Below, one piece after another: positions 15,685 to 20,000 of a stretch of DNA of 20,000 nt. The notes beneath the pieces were generated by a model. That model saw only the letters and a list, made by a program, of their open reading frames with translations. It had not been told where the DNA came from and did no database searches. The stretch lies in IMG/VR virus record IMGVR_UViG_3300043570_001522, one strand, 5' to 3'. This DNA comes from an uncultured virus (IMG/VR IMGVR_UViG_3300043570_001522). Lineage: Duplodnaviria > Heunggongvirae > Uroviricota > Caudoviricetes. The position numbers and the translations under genes were made by a program. Each line of letters begins with the position of its first letter. Within the stretch, counting starts at the first letter, position 1.

Positions 15685-16593
15685 TTAATCTTTCATTAAA
15701 TAGATGTCTTGCACTAATTTTGAGTGTGTAATATCTTCATCTATCTCAATAGCATTTTCATTCCACTCTTGCATGGTGATATCTAATGCTAGATCTTGAG
15801 TTGTATCAAACGCAGACAAATCCAATGTATCATTCATTGTAATATTCATCTTTGATAAAACTCTGGCCGTCATAAAGTCATGAAAGTTTTGGCTATCAGA
15901 TAACCAATCTCTTGGATGAGCTTTTTTCAATGCATGTGTTACATGGTTATAGAATGTCCAAGCATTTTCTTGATCACATTCATAATCATATGTTGGCTTT
16001 TCTAACTCAGCCTTAACACAAGACATTTGTGCTGCATCAAGAATATCTTCATTGATATAAAGTCTACCTGCAATCTCAGCTTGTTCTTGTAATGATAATG
16101 CAGTGTTTCTCATTGCATCTCTATCAGTAAGAATACGTTTGTAATACTTTTCACCATTCTTGATTTGATTAGAAATTTGCATTCTAATATCATGGTCAGC
16201 AGATCCAGTATGCTTTCTTCTAAAGTTCATCATGTCACCGGCAACCATACCATTATGACAAACCATAACATATGCACCTATTGCGCATTGAAAACGTGTA
16301 CTCTTATCATAAGAGTTTGTCCAGGCAAACATCATCCCTAACTCTTTCTCCTCCATAATAGTAGGATCAACAGTGTTAATTGGTAAGATATGATATATGC
16401 CTTGTGCTACATTGGCATTCATATTTGCTCTATATATTTCTTTTTGAATAACAAAACCACTATCTGTTAGTAGTTGTATTGTGTTATCTATCACCTGTTT
16501 GTGTGATATAACTGTATAACTTTTACCATGATTTGGTAAAGGTGCATTTTCTAGGTAATTCCTAGTGGTCTCTTTTGGTTTATTATAACCCAT
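15685..16593 (-). CDS. DUF932-family phage protein
   Basis: Motifs Y.VISH, NSYDKS, GAYVMVC.NGM, RRKHTG and NAWTFYN.VT.ALK. Confidence 0.8.
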   Translation of the reverse strand: MGYNKPKETTRNYLENAPLPNHGKSYTVISHKQVIDNTIQLLTDSGFVIQKEIYRANMNANVAQGIYHILPINTVDPTIMEEKELGMMFAWTNSYDKSTRFQCAIGAYVMVCHNGMVAGDMMNFRRKHTGSADHDIRMQISNQIKNGEKYYKRILTDRDAMRNTALSLQEQAEIAGRLYINEDILDAAQMSCVKAELEKPTYDYECDQENAWTFYNHVTHALKKAHPRDWLSDSQNFHDFMTARVLSKMNITMNDTLDLSAFDTTQDLALDITMQEWNENAIEIDEDITHSKLVQDIYLMKD

Positions 16594-16615
16594 AATGTTA
16601 AACTTTTAAAGTGTA

Positions 16616-16624
16616 AATATACAA
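16616..16624 (-). promoter_or_regulatory. Putative promoter motif TTGTATATT
   Basis: Same core as at 5408 and 6194, located 22 nt upstream of the DUF932 ATG in a 60-nt intergenic gap. Confidence 0.4.
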
Positions 16625-16653
16625 AAAATGTTTAGATAACCAAGAAATAAATC

Positions 16654-16956
16654 TTATTTATCTTTTACAAATTGTCCATCAATCATTTTACCGGTTCTTT
16701 TACTAATTACATTATATGCAGATTCAAGACATTCTTCTAAAGATAATCCTTGCATTTTTGCTTGAATGATTAATGTAACTACAATATCCCCAATAGCATC
16801 AATGATCTCAGGTCTATCATTTTTATTGATTGCTGTACATAATTCTGTACATTCTTCTAATGTTTTTAGTGCTTGAGCCATTGGTGTAGCTTTTTCTAAA
16901 ATACCTTTGTCTGCAGCCCATTGTTCTACTGCGCATTCTAATTCAAAATAATCCAT
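16654..16956 (-). CDS. MazG-like NTP pyrophosphohydrolase
   Basis: Motifs KTLEECTEL, DAIGDIVVTL and AYNVISKRTG fit the all-alpha NTP-PPase EExxE...DxxxD pattern. Confidence 0.85.
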   Translation of the reverse strand: MDYFELECAVEQWAADKGILEKATPMAQALKTLEECTELCTAINKNDRPEIIDAIGDIVVTLIIQAKMQGLSLEECLESAYNVISKRTGKMIDGQFVKDK

Positions 16957-16957
16957 G

Positions 16958-17308
16958 TTAGTTTCTTTTTTTTTGTATTAAGTTATAAATTTCACTCCAA
17001 GTTTTTGGTAATCCCATTAAACACTTATCATCTATATAAATATCTGCAGAAATCTTTCTACAGTCTTGTTTATAGAATTTGATAAGTTCAGGGCAATTGC
17101 TGTTTATATAGTGGTAATTAATACCATGGTGGTCTAAAAAGTCTTGTGCTAATCCTTCATACTTGCCAGTTCTGCAAGTATTAATGATTATAGTGTGTCC
17201 TTCATTATAGAGAATATTAATATAGGTGTCAGCATCTTTTTTTAATGCACCTACTTCAGGCCAAGCTAATTCAGCTATTGTACCATCAAAATCAATTGCT
17301 AATATCAT
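16958..17308 (-). CDS. HAD-superfamily hydrolase (minimal, capless)
   Basis: Motif I AIDFDGTI, motif II INTCR and motif IV ADIYIDDK. Confidence 0.85.
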   Translation of the reverse strand: MILAIDFDGTIAELAWPEVGALKKDADTYINILYNEGHTIIINTCRTGKYEGLAQDFLDHHGINYHYINSNCPELIKFYKQDCRKISADIYIDDKCLMGLPKTWSEIYNLIQKKRN

Positions 17309-17721
17309 TAATCAGCTATTACAATCTTATTTCCACTTCTATAATGCAACTCTTGTAAAATTATTTTCTCAAACCATGGTTCTATTTTACCTCCCATATA
17401 TTTGATAATATTTTCCAGGTGATCATTAGACATTTCTTCTACTGATTTATATGATAAAGGTGATTTACCATCTTTACCTCTATTACCCCAATGCGCAGCA
17501 CTTCTGTTCATCATATGATCTTCTGATAAATAGATAGTAGAACTTGTGTCAACTAAATTAAGGTCTTTACCTCCATAACGTTGATATGCTGTTCCGCCAT
17601 CTACCATTGTTTTATTTTCACAATCACATGTTTTGTAATCATGTCTATGATATGATACAAGTACTTCTTTACAACTTTTACACTGTACCCTATTCAGTAT
17701 TATTTGTTCTAGTCCAGTCAT
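17308..17721 (-). CDS. Conserved phage Zn-binding hypothetical protein
   Basis: CKSC...HRHDYKTCDC...VDGG pattern. Confidence 0.7.
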   Translation of the reverse strand: MTGLEQIILNRVQCKSCKEVLVSYHRHDYKTCDCENKTMVDGGTAYQRYGGKDLNLVDTSSTIYLSEDHMMNRSAAHWGNRGKDGKSPLSYKSVEEMSNDHLENIIKYMGGKIEPWFEKIILQELHYRSGNKIVIAD

Positions 17722-17848
17722 AATTTATCATTTTTTTTAAATGTTTATACATTCTATTTCCTAAACACCATGGGCAGGGACCATTGTTTCTACATTGGTG
17801 ACTTACTGCTTTGGCTCCGGTTAGTTTCTTCTTGATAGTCCTACTCAT
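17690..17848 (-). CDS. Small Cys-containing basic protein (52 aa, not in the ORF track)
   Basis: Manual translation MSRTIKKKLTGAKAVSHQCRNNGPCPWCLGNRMYKHLKK..., with a CRN.G.CP.C.GNR motif. Confidence 0.6.
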   Translation of the reverse strand: MSRTIKKKLTGAKAVSHQCRNNGPCPWCLGNRMYKHLKKMINYDWTRTNNTE

Positions 17849-17854
17849 AATGAA

Positions 17855-18013
17855 TCAGTATAATTTAATTCTATAACTCCATGGTGATGCAGCCATATAC
17901 TGATTAGAATAACAATCTTTCCAGTAATGAATTTTTTTTCCTGCAACACTGTCATAAAAACCCTCTCTTGTGGTTTTGACCATTGTCCATCTACTTATTA
18001 AATTTTTTACCAT
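17855..18013 (-). CDS. Hypothetical protein
   Basis: The start is probably the ATG at 18013 (MVKNLISRW...). The longer tracked ORF overlaps the upstream gene extensively. Confidence 0.55.
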   Translation of the reverse strand: MVKNLISRWTMVKTTREGFYDSVAGKKIHYWKDCYSNQYMAASPWSYRIKLY

Positions 18014-18197
18014 TTTTTTTCTTTTTTTTATCTTCAAAAACAAGAGGTTTAATAGCTGCTTTTTTATAGGTTCTTTGCCAATTATAAACTTGTGAATCTT
18101 CATCACAAGCTATAGTTTTTATAGGTTTATTTTTCATGTTTTCATCTATCATGTAATTCAACCTTCTTAAGTTTCTTTGGGCTTTAGGACTTAACAT
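17991..18197 (-). CDS. Small basic hypothetical protein
   Basis: ORF starting 3 nt after the upstream stop. Confidence 0.55.
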   Translation of the reverse strand: MLSPKAQRNLRRLNYMIDENMKNKPIKTIACDEDSQVYNWQRTYKKAAIKPLVFEDKKKKKNGKKFNK

Positions 18198-18200
18198 AAC

Positions 18201-18623
18201 TTATCTACTACATTCAACAAATGATTCTGGGTACTCTTTTAATGCTTCAAGGTATTTCTCTATAAAAGGAACAAAGTGCTTATATAACCCCCATCCATTT
18301 GGTGAATCAAAGGTTTTATAATGTGCTGGCCTGGCTATCATATCTTCTAAACCCTTCTCAATAACAGGTATTATTTCATATCCTCTTACTGGATTATTTT
18401 CTTCAAAGTCATATTCAGCTTGATAATCACCTTCAGGAATATTATATCCTTCTTTTAATTGGTAAGGTCTCCACAGTGCTTCATATATACCAGCTTCACT
18501 GGCCATCTTTCCAAGATTATGTGTTATGTTAGATGAATATAAAGCTTCTCTTTGTGGCTCTAAGGTTTTACCTTCATCATAACTCACGTGATAATTCCTA
18601 TACAATGTTACGTCCAAACTCAT
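18201..18623 (-). CDS. Conserved phage hypothetical protein
   Basis: Motifs MSLDV.L, NITHNL.KMA, LWRP and NGWG.Y recur in phage proteins of unknown function. Confidence 0.75.
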   Translation of the reverse strand: MSLDVTLYRNYHVSYDEGKTLEPQREALYSSNITHNLGKMASEAGIYEALWRPYQLKEGYNIPEGDYQAEYDFEENNPVRGYEIIPVIEKGLEDMIARPAHYKTFDSPNGWGLYKHFVPFIEKYLEALKEYPESFVECSR

Positions 18624-19279
18624 ATTATGTTTTCTTTTGTTAGTATTTCTTTCACTTTCTCTACAAGATCTTCTATTGTAGAATCATTTACTATTGTATA
18701 ATCAAACTCTGCATCATCAAGAGCTGTTTCACTTGAATGTAACATAGCATCAAAAGATAAAAAATCAGGTCTTGTTACTCTAATTGTAATACCTTCTCTT
18801 TCCTCTACAGCTTCCATTTCATTAGGAAATCTCATGTCTGTAATAATCCAGTTAGGATACCAATCTTTACGTCCATCACTCCATAGCCTATAATCAGCAA
18901 ACAAAGCATTTACCCATACATTTGTATGTAATCCTTCACGCATTGCTTCTGTACCAAGTTTTTGAAGAAACTCTCTTACAGTCATTGGTTCAGGAGGTCT
19001 ACGATCTCTGTATTTAGATTTTACATCCCAGTTTTTTTCAAGATTAGTCTTTTTAAAGTCTTGGTCTTCAAATTTCTCTACAGGAATACCTGATAGTATA
19101 CTGCCAATTTGTTTTAATTTACCAGCAAATTTTTTTACATCAAAAACATTTGTACTACCATCATAAGCTTCAAAGCTTATAGGATACATTTCTAAAGATT
19201 TATCTCTAGTTAACCATTGAATAATTTTACCAACAGTATCTTTACCACTTCCTATCTTTCCATTTATACCTATAATCAT
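18620..19279 (-). CDS. Deoxynucleoside monophosphate kinase
   Basis: P-loop IIGINGKIGSGKDT plus FAGKLK, REFLQKLGTE, ITDMRFPNE and HSSET, as in T4 gp1-like dNMP kinases. Confidence 0.9.
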   Translation of the reverse strand: MIIGINGKIGSGKDTVGKIIQWLTRDKSLEMYPISFEAYDGSTNVFDVKKFAGKLKQIGSILSGIPVEKFEDQDFKKTNLEKNWDVKSKYRDRRPPEPMTVREFLQKLGTEAMREGLHTNVWVNALFADYRLWSDGRKDWYPNWIITDMRFPNEMEAVEEREGITIRVTRPDFLSFDAMLHSSETALDDAEFDYTIVNDSTIEDLVEKVKEILTKENII

Positions 19280-19569
19280 TGTGTTAATTTTTTAAATTTT
19301 GGACTACAACCTAATAATATACCTCTTGACACAGCTTCTCTACGCCATTTAGGTAACTTAGATTCCTTTAGATGTCTCTTGACAATCTCTTCATATATTT
19401 CTTGATCTATTAAATAATCATTGTATGGAATAATCTTTTGACCCCGCTCATTTAATTCAGCAGATTCAAGTAAATAGTTCCAACTTACAGATGGTTCTGA
19501 CACAGCATACAATTCTGTATATATGCTGGTCATAACATCATTTATTTTTTTATCTAATGCATTAGTCAT
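19276..19569 (-). CDS. Hypothetical protein
   Basis: ORF between the polymerase and kinase genes, with a 4-nt overlap. Confidence 0.7.
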   Translation of the reverse strand: MTNALDKKINDVMTSIYTELYAVSEPSVSWNYLLESAELNERGQKIIPYNDYLIDQEIYEEIVKRHLKESKLPKWRREAVSRGILLGCSPKFKKLTQ

Positions 19570-19572
19570 AAG

Positions 19573-20000
19573 TTAAAATAATCTCAGTTGATTTGATGAT
19601 ACAGTCAAAATGCCATTTATTTCATTTTCTATAGCTTGTAAATAATAACCTTTATCAATATTATATGTTTCCCATTTGGGTTCCATTTTCATTTTATTAA
19701 AAATTGCCTGTATCCACTTTCCGGCCTCTAACTGTATTTCTCTTTTATCAACACTATTAACCTTTATAATTTTAACTCCACTTTTAGATATATAATATCT
19801 ATTGATTTTTTGAAGTTCTTCTTCTACAAAAACACCTTGTTTGATAGATCTGGCCACACATTTCCAATCACCGTTTGATTTACTACCAATACAATAATCA
19901 AGTATGTTTTTATTTTGCTCTAAGTATTCTTCAGGAAGAACATTATGTACAAAATACTGATAGATTGCTTTAGGTATAACCAATTTTGATTTGTTTTTGT
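19573..20000 (-). CDS. C-terminal end of a DNA polymerase (family B, crAss-like type); gene begins beyond the window
   Basis: The frame is open to the window edge (..KNKSKLVIPKAIYQYF). LQKINRYYIS and NIDKGYYLQAIENEI match the thumb/C-terminal pattern of phage PolB, and nucleotide-metabolism genes are adjacent. Confidence 0.65.
   Translation of the reverse strand, partial: KNKSKLVIPKAIYQYFVHNVLPEEYLEQNKNILDYCIGSKSNGDWKCVARSIKQGVFVEEELQKINRYYISKSGVKIIKVNSVDKREIQLEAGKWIQAIFNKMKMEPKWETYNIDKGYYLQAIENEINGILTVSSNQLRLF

Noticed and set aside
19217..19405. ORF 19217..19405 (+)
   Set aside because: Antisense to the kinase and its upstream gene.
1..20000. Stop-codon reassignment (TAG or TGA), as in some crAss-like phages
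   Set aside because: Long ORFs are uninterrupted under the standard code, genes tile the window, and TGA serves as a stop in ATGA overlaps.
1..20000. CRISPR array, tRNA, intron, DGR or IS element
   Set aside because: No regularly spaced repeats, cloverleafs, reverse transcriptase or transposase motifs were seen, and intergenic gaps are short.

Overview
This AT-rich, densely coding window comes from a large dsDNA tailed phage of Bacteroidota/Flavobacteriia, probably crAss-like. No rRNA, tRNA, CRISPR or IS signatures were seen, and the genetic code looks standard. Positions 1-13140 are mainly + strand late genes. They include the 3' part of a giant (>1500 aa) virion-type protein with a PD-(D/E)XK nuclease domain, a lysis module, tail-fibre-like proteins and small Lys-rich proteins with repeated GG motifs. 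A small inverted three-gene island lies at 4762-5368. Positions 13195-20000 are - strand early/replication genes: many small hypothetical ORFs, DUF932, MazG-like, HAD-like, dNMP kinase and the C-terminus of a family B DNA polymerase. The two arms converge on a hairpin terminator at about 13146-13187. The standout feature is in the lysis module. The gene directly upstream of the M15 endolysin, a slot often held by a holin, encodes two chemoreceptor-type PAS domains, a coiled coil and two C-terminal membrane helices, with no kinase or MCP output domain. This suggests a sensor-gated holin or lysis regulator. The downstream spanin-like pair is also atypical because the outer partner has no lipobox. 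All family assignments come from motif recognition by eye; no searches were run.
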